This document shows, in pieces, positions 26,340 through 38,275 of a stretch of 64,000 nt of DNA. Made by a program: the position numbers and the translations under genes. Each line of letters begins with the position of its first letter. Position 1 is the stretch's first letter. Under the pieces are notes generated by a model. That model was not told where the DNA came from. It searched no databases and saw only the letters and a program-made list of their open reading frames with translations. Source of the DNA: Octopus sinensis (Eukaryota); the NCBI RefSeq assembly GCF_006345805.1, contig NC_042998.1, forward strand, positions 111,166,001 through 111,230,000. The letters are read 5' to 3'.

Positions 26340-27700
26340 ACTGAATCTTTTAAATTTATACTTCAGAACAATTATTTTCTACTTGATGACACATACTATC
26401 GTAAAGAAATGCGGAATTGCGACTGGAACGAAATCAGCCCCTATTCTTGCGAACCTAATAATGGGTTATTTTGAATTCGCCTTATTTGAAGTATCACTTC
26501 AAAAATATAGTTACCCATTTTACCTCTATATAAGAGAAAATTGGAAGAGATACCTAGATGACTGCTTTATCATTTGGAAGGAGAACATCGACAAACTTTT
26601 GGATTGACATCTATTATAAACCAACTAACTCAAAACAATATCTCCTCTTTAGCTCATGCCACCTGAAACACATCAAGATAAATATCCCTTTCAATTTGGC
26701 AAAAAGGATTTGCACAATAATGTCTAATAGAACCACTCGGGACCTTCGTCCTCAAGACATCAAAACGACGCTTACTGAAAGACAATATCCACCCTCACTT
26801 ATAGAGGAGGGAATTAAACGTGCCACAAATTTAGACATAAAAACACTAAGAACAACAAAACAAAACACCACACCTCATGTCACAAACACACAACCCCAGA
26901 AACAGTGAGACATTCAATACTATTATGCAAAATCTCCCTTTACTACATAGAGATCCAAAAATGAACGACATCCTGAAAAGGCTCAAACTCATCAAATACA
27001 AAAAGCAACACAAACCGCTAAAGAGACTCCTAACAAATGTGAAGCTTTACAAAGCAACCACGAAACCAAAAGTTAAAAAATGTGGACGCTCAAACTGTGG
27101 AACCTGCCCCAACTTACTTGAAGGCTCAGATTTCCTTTTCAAACAAGGTCAGAGGTTCACAATTAAAACTAGTTTCACTTGTTCCTCTGAGAACCTAATT
27201 TACGTAATAACCTGTTCGGGTTGCGGACACAACTATATTGGACAGACGAGTATGACCTTGAGACGGAGAACCACTCAACATAAAGAGTAAATCCGTTTCT
27301 CGCAATACAAGCAAATTCCTCTCAATGAACATATAGAAAAATGTGCAGATAATATCAAACCACACAACGTGAGCTCTAGCCTATCTACACTGTCGGATTC
27401 CAGACTAATATCGAAATTCTTCAGGTGAAGAAAGTTCTGGTTTTACGACAGTAAAAGCGTTGTGTGGCTTTCACGAAGAGTAAAATGTAAGCCCAGTTCT
27501 TTTCTTTCTTCCTATTTCCCTCGCTTCCCTCTTCTCCATCTTCTTCGACATCTTCATATTCCTGTACTCCTGTTTCTTCTTTCTCTTTTCCTTCTTTTTC
27601 TTTTTTTCTTCATTCTTCTACCAGTGCAAAGACAATTTCTCCATAAGATCGCTTAAATAAAGAAACTTTTTACATCGAAAAATACAGAATACGTCTTAAT
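26340..27700 (+). mobile_element. Penelope-like element, RT plus GIY-YIG endonuclease, decayed and interrupted at 27364-27604
   Basis: GIATGTKSAPILANLIMGYFE, WKRYLDDCFIIW (RT), DIYYKPTNSKQYLLFSSCH (thumb), CGRSNCGTCP and NLIYVITCSGCGHNYIGQTSMTLRRR (GIY-YIG). It resumes at ~27605 with FYQCK...ETFYIEKY. Confidence 0.9.
27364..27604. repeat. ~240-bp dispersed repeat, copy 1
   Basis: caacgtgagctctagcctatctacactgtcggattccag...cctgtactcctgtttcttc recurs at 28610-28850. Confidence 0.85.
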
Positions 27701-28238
27701 ATGCACCATAACCAACTTTTATCTTTTTACACATTTCAATTCATGACTACATCACTGTACATAAAATCCCTCACTAAACATGAGTTTCGAAACTTGTTGT
27801 ATGTATGTATATATATATATTATATATATATATTATATATATCCCCCTCCCCTTACCGAAAGCTCAACAAATAACTCCATTGCCCAGAACAATAACAATA
27901 ATAACGATGACCTATTGCCTCCCCTTATTGTTCTACTTGTGAAGTCTTTCATTCGTAAATATCATCACACACAACATGGACGAAAAGTTCTTCTTAAGAA
28001 AATACATATTCAAATAAGTAAACCGTAATAGCATGAATAGCGAAAGTGAAACCGGTCGATATATTAAAAATGATATTAAAACCATGTAGTGTGTGTATTT
28101 TCCTTTTCTAATTTATTATATATATTGCAACTCACCATGGGGGGCTAATCGAAATTCCTCCTTTTCTGTTACTACTATATTCATATATATATATGTGTAT
28201 GTATGTGTCCGCGTGTGTGTGCATGTATGTATATACAC

Positions 28239-28365
<127 letters not shown>

Positions 28366-28369
28366 AGCA

Positions 28370-28615
28370 CTCCTTCGCTTACGACGACGAGGGTTCTAAT
28401 CAATCCGATCAACGGAACAATCTGCTCGTGATGTTAATGTGCATATAGCTGAGGACTCCACAGACACGTATACCCTTAACTTAGTTCTCAGGGAGATTCA
28501 GCGTGACACAGATTGTGACACAGCTCAACTTTTGTAATACTGGTAACAATCGTTTTTGCTAGGTGATTGGACTGGAGAAATGTGAAATAAAGTGTCTTCC
28601 TCAAAGACTCAACGT
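28370..28615 (-). mobile_element. Chimeric SINE fragments (tail like 6741-6900, plus a central domain like 17770-17810)
   Basis: gatcaacggaacaatctgctcgtg...gagattcagcgtgacacag, then gtgaaataaagtgtcttcctcaa. Confidence 0.65.
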
Positions 28616-28850
28616 GAGCTCTGGCCTATCTACACTGTCGGATTCCAGTATCGAAATTCTACAGGTGTAGAAAGTTTTGGTTTTACGACAGCTGTGGATT
28701 TCACGAAGAGTATAATATAATCCCAATTCTTTTCTGTCTTCCTCCTTTCCTCGTTTCCCTCTTCTCCATCTTGTTCGACATCCTCGTATTCCTGTACTCC
28801 TGTTTCTTCTTTTTCTTTTCCTTCTTCTATTCTTTTTTTCGTTCATCTCT
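28610..28850. repeat. ~240-bp dispersed repeat, copy 2
   Basis: Direct, diverged copy of 27364-27604. Confidence 0.85.
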
Positions 28851-29175
28851 TTATTTTCTCGTCTTCGTCCCCTCATTCTACTTCCACATACCTTCACCAT
28901 ACTTTTATCTACTCTGGCACAGTCTATTTACATTTTCATCATTTATTTTTTGTTTCCTCCCGATATAAGCAAAACGCAAAGTGTGGAAGGTGCACTAAGA
29001 GCGCACCTTTTATGGAGATCTGAGGAAGTACCAAGTATTGCGTATGTTTTCACTTGGAACTATTGCGTGAACTGGCGCTGAAAGCAGAATTTTACAGAAA
29101 CAATTGTAACTGATCTTTAAATATGTGTTAAAGTATTTTTTGTTTACTCATTTCGCATATACATACATACATATG

Positions 29176-29209
<34 letters not shown>

Positions 29210-29774
29210 TATAACCGCTAAAAATATACAGCAGTATTCCTATTGTAAGAATTTAATTAACCAGATTTAAGTTAATCCTTCGTTGTATGCATCATGACAC
29301 AACAAATAATGCATTGAAAATAACACCTGATTAAATTAGATTGCTAACTTTTCCGTATGAAATCGTAGTTTCAGATATTCTTCCCGTAGTACGTTTATAC
29401 TATCCAATTAGCGTTGAAATTTGGTACCGAATAAGATTTCTCATTAAAAATATCCAGCTGTTTATATATATTTTTATTGGATACTTCATTTTGTTCTGCT
29501 GTGAGTGGGTGACCAACTGTCTTCAATCTTTCCAAGACACTTACACTTAGAATGGACAGACAATTTTGATACAGCTTTGTATAAGACATTTAAGTATGGA
29601 TTTGTTTTAAGGCTTAGCATATCTTTTCATTATTTCCTTACATTGCCAGTCAGATGTGCATGATATCAACTTAATTTCCCTCATACGTTTTTAAACCTCC
29701 ATCACTTTATATTCCTGAGAGACAATCTTCCGTTTCACCAGGTAATTGTTTTTTCTCTAACTCTATCTGACTGT

Positions 29775-29842
<68 letters not shown>

Positions 29843-30983
29843 TTCTGTCCCACTTCATATATATGTATATATATATATATATATGTATGATTGCTCAATC
29901 CCTCTCTTTCTCTCTGTACGTATCTATAGCTGTTGCTTGTTTTTCATTCTCACTATCATGTGTTCTTGCTAAATTATGTTCCCTTTCAGCCATTCACTCG
30001 CACATTTGCCCAATTTTTTACTGGCTACTTGTTTCCTATGGTTCTTTACTGGCTTTAGATATATTTTTTATTTAACTCTCACTTTCTCTTTTTGCTTCCT
30101 GCTTACTCTCTCTCTCTCTTTCTCTCTCTTCCTCTCTCTTTCTCCATTTACATATATATTTGTGTGTGTGTGTGTGTGTGTATCATACACAGTTTCTCTC
30201 CCTCTTACCCTCTCTTTCGTAATCTTTACTTATAATTGAATATAATCTACTTAAAACTAGCTTATCTCAAAGTGTAATAAAAAAAATTGATGCAGAATAT
30301 CTGATATATCCGACTTAGTTGTAACCAACAATTAAAGAGTTCTCTGATATCGTTGCATTTTTTTTATTATTCAACAAGGAAACAAAAGATATTTACTGTA
30401 TTTATAATGTACCCATTTCAACCACTATTATAAAAGATCAGTTGTCCATCCAAACTCAACAGTTTTATGTGTCTGTATGTGTGTGTTTCCGTGATTTTTT
30501 ATAATATCGTCTTAATTAAATACTGTATTCTGTTGTCATTCTAATCCACTGAAACCGCTTTTCATAACGATACATTTAATTTAAAAATGTTTTACAGCTA
30601 ACTGTCATCCGCGAGAGCGTATGACTTGGTAACATGTGCAGCGTATTTTTCTAATTCATTTTTAAGTGTCTATGTAAACACGAGCAGACATACAATTGAT
30701 AAAAGCGGAATATTGGAAATGCAGATGAAAGGAGAGAGAGAGGTGTTTTTTACTGGGACACAGTAGGTGACGAGGTCTATGAATGAAATTCACAATATCA
30801 TATTGATGAGTCTAACCAAGAGACCAAGTCCCTTTAAAATGGTATATTCACTTCACTGAAATTTGACCGCAGTCAATAGAAGCCGGAGATACCCTGTGTT
30901 CTTGAGCTCGACTATCATAGAGAATGAATGATTTCTTATCGGATACTTTTTAGCTGACAACACATATACCGGCTGGTACACAG

Positions 30984-31198
30984 AAACCAATCGACACTCA
31001 TTTACGTTGTAATCGTTTCGAATATCAACATTTCCTCATAATCTTTATTTATATAGTAATACGCGAATCAAACTAAGTCATATATATGTGAGTGCATGTG
31101 TGTGTATAGACATACGCACACATACACATACACGCACATACACACACGCATACATATATATATACATATATATAAACATATATATATATATATATGTT

Positions 31199-31230
<32 letters not shown>

Positions 31231-31406
31231 CGTGTGTGTAAGTGCGTGTATGTGTATGTGTGTATGTGTATGTGTATGTCTATACACACACATGCACTCA
31301 CATATATATGACTTAGTTTGATTTCGCGTATTACTATATAAATAAAGATTATGAGGAAATGTTGATATTCGAAACGATTACAACGTAAATGAGTGTCGAT
31401 TGGTTT
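30984..31406. repeat. Near-perfect 132-bp inverted duplication (30984-31115 and 31274-31406) around a TA/CA microsatellite spacer
   Basis: aaaccaatcgacactcatttacg...gtatagacatac against gtatgtctatac...cgtaaatgagtgtcgattggttt. I see one indel. Confidence 0.93.
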
Positions 31407-32399
31407 ATGTATATATGTATATATATAGAACCATTTCAAGAATGTGTCCTCATTGGGGATTGAGATATCCATAATTTCACTGGTTTAATCTCCATCACAT
31501 AAGAGGAAAATCTCCTCAATATGTTAGGGATTATCATAAGTATTAGTAATGGTAAGGTAAGAAAAAAGAGAGTTGAAGATATATAGTTGATTTATTTGTA
31601 TCATAGTTACAAGTTAAAATCTAAATGGAAATAAATTTTAAAAAGTACGAAAGAAACTCAAGCAAAACTAACATATGTTTCGATTCTAGCCCCTTAGTAA
31701 TTCATAATTCGAAGCATTTGGATCAAATCCAATGTTAAGAATTGGTTATCATTTTAAAGTGTATGGGGCATGAACTTTTCAGGGGTCTTTTTTTGCCTTA
31801 TAAAACGAAGTTTACATCTTTCTTCAAGGGATTCAAATCAAAAACTAAGCAAGTTTAAAAAGTTATATCTTGTATATTGTGTGTACGTTTTTGCAAAGAT
31901 TATAATTGAAGTAAGTAAAAGATAAGTAAAAATAAAGATAAAATAAAATAATTTTTTAAATATAAATAAAATAATGATATATTTGTAAGGGAGAATAATT
32001 ATGTAATACAAAGATTAAAAATAAAAATATAAACAAATACATTTTTGTAATAAACTATAAAAATGCAAATAAATTATAAAGTAAATTATAAAAAATGCAA
32101 AATGAACAATGTTAAATAAACCGTTATAACTGGATAATTTCTATTGTAGATATCCATGTATTCGTGGTCGTTGAATCATATCAAATCAAATTTAATCGTT
32201 TATATATATGCATACGTAAGTATAGACTCACTTTGGTATTATCTAGCCGTTAAGAAGTGTATCTATCAAGTTAATATATATACACATAGACCTCTATACA
32301 ATTAGCGTATATCTTTTCCTATATATATTAATATATTTTATGTTTAAGCCTCTGTTAAATACACATAGGTTATATATAGTGGTAAATAAGTTTAGATCT

Positions 32400-32529
32400 T
32401 TACATTTGACGGATATTTGTCCTCATCACGTTTGTTGCTAACACAAAGTTTTGGATATACCATCCAGCCATCACCAGATGTCTTGGAGAAATTTCGAACC
32501 TGGGTTCTCATTCCTTAGGTATTTTCGAT
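32400..32529 (-). repeat. Hammerhead-like tail repeat, inverted copy of 35997-36130
   Basis: Reverse complement reads atcgaaaatacctaaggaatgagaacccaggttcgaaatttctccaagacatctggtgatggctgg...gtgttagcaacaaac...gaggacaaatatccgtcaaatgta. Confidence 0.85.
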
Positions 32530-32582
32530 GTTGTGTTGTTGTTATTATTATTATTATTATGATATTATTATTATTATTATTA

Positions 32583-32655
<73 letters not shown>

Positions 32656-32659
<4 letters not shown>

Positions 32660-32723
32660 TTAGTGCTTGGAATCGAACTCGAAATCTTGGGGTTAGTGGC
32701 CCGCACTCTTAAACACTACGGGC
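32656..32723 (-). mobile_element. tRNA-like SINE head, left arm, running into (AAT)n on the minus strand (32540-32655)
   Basis: gcccgtagtgtttaagagtgcgggccactaaccccaagatttcgagttcgattccaagcactaacctg, with A-box-like and B-box (GTTCGATTC) motifs. Confidence 0.75.
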
Positions 32724-32727
32724 AAAT

Positions 32728-32790
32728 GGCGTAGTGGTTAAAAGTTCGGACTACTAACCTTAAAATTCCGAGTTCGATTCGCAGTAGTGA

Positions 32791-32794
<4 letters not shown>
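32728..32794 (+). mobile_element. tRNA-like SINE head, right arm, running into (AAT)n (32795-32850)
   Basis: ggcgtagtggttaaaagttcggactactaaccttaaaattccgagttcgattcgcagtagtgacctg, with A box (TAGTGGTTA) and B box (GTTCGATTC). Confidence 0.75.
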
Positions 32795-32828
<34 letters not shown>

Positions 32829-32847
32829 TAATAATAATAATAATATA

Positions 32848-32887
<40 letters not shown>

Positions 32888-32915
32888 TATTATTATTATT
32901 ATTATTGTAATCATT

Positions 32916-32953
<38 letters not shown>

Positions 32954-32976
32954 ATTATTATTATTATTATTATTAT

Positions 32977-35957
32977 ACGCAGCAGCCACTGCAGCCACAA
33001 AAGAAGCTGGATACTCACTCAAACCCATCCAAACAGGAATACCACCATCCAAACAAACCCTGTGGATAAATAACATCAAAAAAAATACAAAAAATGAGAA
33101 AAGATCTGTCGATTCTTAATGAAATCAGTAGACAATCAACGCTACTAAGCAACAAAAAGAAAACAAAAATACTCCGCAAATATAACATCACAGAAAAATA
33201 TTTACCTGAGATAAAAGAAAAGCTGAAGCAAGGTATCCTTGCCAAAGTACAAAGGATCCGCCTGTACGAGAAACGCCAGCGCTTCTTTGAACAAAACAAA
33301 AAGTTCAACTCCAACCCCAAAAAAGTTCTACCAAGAACTTGGCAAAAATAAAATAGAAATCACTGCAGCTCCTACGGCAGAAGAAGTGGAAGAATTCTGG
33401 AGAGAAATATGGTCGGCAAACGAACAACCAAAAAAAAAGGAGTATCAAAACAACAAATTCAGCATCTGAGCAACTTTGGACCCCCATAACAACTGAAGAG
33501 GTCACCCAGGCACTGCAAAGACTAAGCAACTGGAAAGCACCTGGGCATGACAAGATCCCCAACTTCTGGTTGAAATATCTAATAGAAATGCAGAAAAAGC
33601 TGGCTGAAAACTTTAACAACATACTAGCAGAGCCAGAGACAATGCCTGAATGGCTCACGAAGGGGAAAACCATCTTAATTCCCAAATCAAATGAGACAGC
33701 AAAACCAGAAAACTACAGACCAATAACCTGTCTCCCTACAATGTACAAGGCATTTATTGCAGTGATATAGCAAAGGTTGAACAAGAACCTGGACGAAAAC
33801 AGCCTGTTTCCAGAAGAGCAGAAAGGATGCCGCAAAGGCCCATATGGCTGTAAAGATCAACTAATGATTAATAAAGCCATAACTGAAGACAGCCACAGAA
33901 AGAAGAAAGGCCTCAGTATGGCCTGGATCGACTACAAAAAGGCGTTTGATAGCATCCCCCACACATGGATCCTCGAAACACTAGCCATTAACAAAGTAGC
34001 ACCAACAATTATAACATTCATAGGGCACTCTATGAATAAATGGCAAACAGTGCTACAGCTCCAAACAAAAAAGGGACTCAATAAAACCAAAGCCATCCCC
34101 ATTAGAAGAGGAATATTCCAGGGAGACACGCTATCTCCACTTCTTTTCTGATTGACACTGTCACCTCTATCTGATAGGCTAAATAGAACTGGATGCGGAT
34201 ATAAATGTTACGGCAAAACGATTAGCCACCTTTTATATATGGATAACCTAAAACTATACGCTGCAAAGGACAAACAGCTGGAAACACTATTAAAGACAGT
34301 TCATGGATTTACCAAAGAAATAGATATGAAATTTGGATTAGAAAAATGCGCCAAAGTAACCATGAAAAAAGGAAAACTAGATAAGAGTAGCAACATCAAA
34401 CTAGATAAAACCAATGAAATAAAAGAATTAGACCAAAGCCAAACTTACAAATAATTAGGAATGCATGAACTAGATAAGACACAACACACACAAATGAAAG
34501 AGAAAATAAAAAAGAATATTATAGACGAGTTAGATCAATACTAAAAACGGAGCTCAATGCTAAAAACAAGATAATAGGTATCAACACTTTAGCTGTCCCA
34601 GTTATAAGTTACAGCTACAATATCCTTAACTGGACACTAAATGAACTGACCAAAATAGATAGGAAAACAAGAAAAATAATGACAGGATCTAGGATGCATC
34701 ACCCAAAATCTGACATAGAAATACTATATATACAACGTATAGAAGGTGGTAGAGGCCTTATACAGCTGGAAAACTACTATAAAATAACCACCATAGGACT
34801 GCAAAAATATCTACTTCAGAAGGAAAGAAAACTGATACAAATAGCGGCAAAACACGAGCAAAACAAAAAACTGTTCTCAGTATTTAAGGAAGCTGAGAAA
34901 TACAAACAAGAAATCATACGACCTAATAAATATGAAGAAGAAGAAGAAGAAGAAGAAGAAGAAGAAGAAGAAGAAGAAGAAGAAGAAGAAGAAGAAGAAG
35001 AAGAAGAAGAAGAAGAAGAAGAAGAAGAAGAAAAGCTATAAAACAAATGAAATCCAAACTAAAAATAGAACAGCAAAGAACCATGATAAAATGATGGCAA
35101 GTAAAGCCCCTTTATGGTAAATACTGGACTAAACTAAACGCAAAACAAATAGACAAAGAAAAATCCCAGCAATGGTTGAGAAGCTCAGGACTCAAAGCAG
35201 AGACAGGAGGATTTTTAATTGCAGCACAAGACCAAAGCCTCCCCACCAGAAATTACCATAAACATGTAATGAAAAGAAATATAACAAGTAACTGCAGAAT
35301 ATGTGGAGATGGACAAGAAACAATAAATCATATTATCTCTGGCTGCCCAGTCCTGGCTAAGAAGGAATATATTCACAGACATGACAGAGTTGGAACCTAC
35401 ATACACTGGAAGCTATGCCAACATTATGGAATAACAACAGAAAAAAGATGGTATAGGCACACACCAGAAAAGGTCACAGAAAACGAGAAAGCAACCATAC
35501 TCTGGGATATGCCGATACACACAGATAGAGAAATTAAGGCCAACAGACCAGATATAGTTGTCAGAGATCATGAAGAAAAAATGCTTTCTAATTGATGTAT
35601 CAATACCGGCAGATGACAACGCGTCTCTAAAAGAAATGGAGAAACTTTCAAAATACAAAGACCTGGAAATAGAGGTAACCAGAATGTGGAATCTAAAAAC
35701 AGAAACAATTCCTATCATAGTAGGTGCATTAGGCATGATAAAAAAATATTCAGACAAATACATAACAAAAACACCAGGACATACAAACACATATAACATA
35801 CAGAAAATTGCACTACTAGGCACTGCACACATCCTACGCAGAACACTTTCCATACAATAACCATCAGAGCACCACAACAAATCACAGCACATACCTAAGG
35901 CACACAGAGCTGCGCTCGGTAGTGAAGTGAAAGCACGCTATAAAAATAAAACTACTG
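32977..35957 (+). mobile_element. R4/Dong-clade non-LTR retrotransposon (RT, CCHC, REL endonuclease), 5'-truncated and decayed
   Basis: WKAPGHDKIPNFWLK, NYRPITCLPTMYK, WIDYKKAFDSIPH, GIFQGDTLSPLLF, HLLYMDNLKLYA (RT), CRICGDGQETINHIISGC (CCHC), NRPDIVV, FLIDVSIP and EKLSKYKDL (REL). Several stops and frameshifts. The 3' end actactg runs into (AAT)n. Confidence 0.95.
34934..35032 (+). repeat. (GAA)33 inside the LINE ORF, encoding poly-Glu in the RT frame
   Basis: Seen directly; ORF 34679-35041 reads KYEEEE...EKL. Confidence 0.95.
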
Positions 35958-35996
35958 AATAATAATAATAAAATAATTATAATAATAATAATAATA

Positions 35997-36170
35997 TCGA
36001 AAATACCTTAAGAATGAGAACCCTGGTTCGAAGTTTCCCCAAGATACCTGGTGAAGGCTGGAGAGTATACCAGCCGAAATTTTGTGTTAGCAAGAAACAA
36101 GATGAGGACAAATTTCCGTCTAATGTAAATAATTTACAAAATCCCTCATCTCTTAAATATAGAACTGAAT
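35997..36170 (+). repeat. Hammerhead-like tail repeat following (AAT)n
   Basis: gatac-CTGGTGA-a-ggctgg-agagtata-ccagcc-GAAA-tttt-gtgtt (36043-36088). Stems I and II pair; the core differs from CUGAUGA at A6 and stem III is decayed. Confidence 0.75.
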
Positions 36171-36697
36171 TTTAGATATGTTGAAAAGGAGGTGAAAGAA
36201 GGGAATAAAGGGAATAAAATGAAATAAAGATAAAATAATAATCTATATTTTATGCTATAATAGAAAATATTACAAAAATTAGAATTCATAGTATTTAAAT
36301 TTAGAAGTCATAGTATTTAAATTACCGAGAAATTATGTATTATGTGTATTACGGTATTGAGTCATGTTTATTTAAAGAAAAACGAACAAAATATCTTGGA
36401 GACCTTTTAGTTCGATCAAAAATCTATTAAAAGTTCATTTAAAACCAAATTAATTTGTATAAATGTTAATGGTTACACTATTTATTGAAAATAATGTCCA
36501 TCTATTTTGTAATGCAGCTCGATATAATTAAATTAAATAAATTAATCTTACATATAGATATATATTAAATGTTGAAATACGATATTATGCTTATGTTAGA
36601 ATTGTGTATATTAATGTAAAATATTGAAATAATACTAAAAATAATAAATCAATGATTACATATATATATACATGCGCATATCTAGAAACGACCATTT

Positions 36698-36753
<56 letters not shown>

Positions 36754-37138
36754 TATTTATATGTATATATTTCTAAACTTTGCATCTAATTATGGTCTAA
36801 TTACTCGTGATTAGAAGTGAAATGTTTGTTTATTAGTCTGCGCATAACTGTTTAGCTTAGTTTTTATTCGCTTCTAATAAGTATACTGATATTATTAAAA
36901 ATAAATTCATAAGATTTGATTTTTCAGTAACTAAGAATTCATTTAGATATATATCTTCAATTCATAATACAAAATTAGATTATTCTTATGAGAATCGTAA
37001 AATTGATATATTTCTAAGAAACAGCATACATAATGTATCTGGCAGGATAATTGTGAAAATTATAATGTTAACGGACAAGAGGAAATAACCGTCAATAAAC
37101 CACTTTTAGTTAACTCCAAAGATAATCTGAACAAATTT

Positions 37139-37560
37139 TGTGATTGCAAGCTTAATGGAAAATGCAAATTTAATGATTATTGCAGACGTAAGAATCTCGT
37201 ATATCAAGCTATCGTATAGGCAGAAGGTAAAAATCACTGCTATATGGATCAACAGAATGTGAAAACTAGAATTTCTAATCATGTGAGTTCTTTTAGAAAT
37301 CGCTTCAAACGCAATAGCACAAACCTTAGCAAATTGATTTGCAGATTAAATGGTAACAATATTAATGTTAACATTAGATGGAAAATTTTAAGTTCTGCAA
37401 AATCTTATTGGTCCCCAGATAGAATTTGTTCCTTTTGTGCAAATGAATGCTACCATTTTTTATTTTCTAAACACCAATTATTGATTGGGAGGATTAAAAA
37501 GTTCCGACCTGTTTACATGCACCTAAATAACTATTTTCCAAATATCAATAAAAACTTTCT
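37139..37560 (+). mobile_element. Penelope-like GIY-YIG endonuclease remnant (second structural type)
   Basis: CDCKLNGKC...NLVYQAIV, KTRISNHVSSFRN...TNLSKLI, NIRWKIL..AKSY and CSFCANEC. Confidence 0.75.
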
Positions 37561-37904
37561 TAATTGTTATTATTAATAAATAATAGCTTAGACATGTTCT
37601 CTAAGAGTCATTGAATATTTCTTTATTATTATTAAATAGAAGACCAGATATATTGAATAATATCTGATTTAAATATATCCTCTAAAAATCATTAAATATT
37701 TCTTTACTATCATTCAATAGAAGTCTAGATATATCTTTAAATATCTGAGTAGGTAAATACCTTACTCTATGATAGATATTACGATGTAATGTATTAATGT
37801 TTAGAAATATATACATATAAAACCCTACATATATACTAAATGGTCGTTTCTAGATATGTGTGTGTGCATGTGTGTGTATGTGCATGTGTGTGTGTGGGGG
37901 GGGG

Positions 37905-38275
37905 ACATGCAACATCACCAACTTCAAATACTTGGAAAGTGGTTCCCACATAAAATTCAAGAGCGGATCTCTTTTGGAAATAAATGCAGATATGAACTGC
38001 AAAACGCAAACCCTCATATACTGCATTACCTGCCCAAACTGCAAAGAAACTTACATTGGCGAAACAAATAATTTCCACTGCTAACGTGCAAGAATCCACA
38101 GACAACATATCCGACAAGAGGAATTACCCGAGATTCCATTAAGTAATCATCTGGAAATATGCAGCGACGGAAAATTCAAAATTTTCCCTTTTACAAATGT
38201 GCACGAAACGATCCGCAATACCGAGAAGTAATGGAACTACATTTCATAAAAATAATTCTCCTCAAAATTGAACGT
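37905..38275 (+). mobile_element. Penelope-like GIY-YIG remnant (same type as 26340-27700)
   Basis: MNCKTQTLIYCITCPNCKETYIGET, then IPLSNHLEICSDGKFKIFPFYK. Confidence 0.85.

Noticed and set aside
32728-32794. Functional tRNA genes (this one and 32656-32723)
   Set aside because: No acceptor stem closes, there is no oligo-T terminator, and they run straight into (AAT)n. Treated as SINE heads.
34816-35120. Poly-Ser and poly-Lys ORFs
   Set aside because: Alternative frames of the (GAA)33 run.
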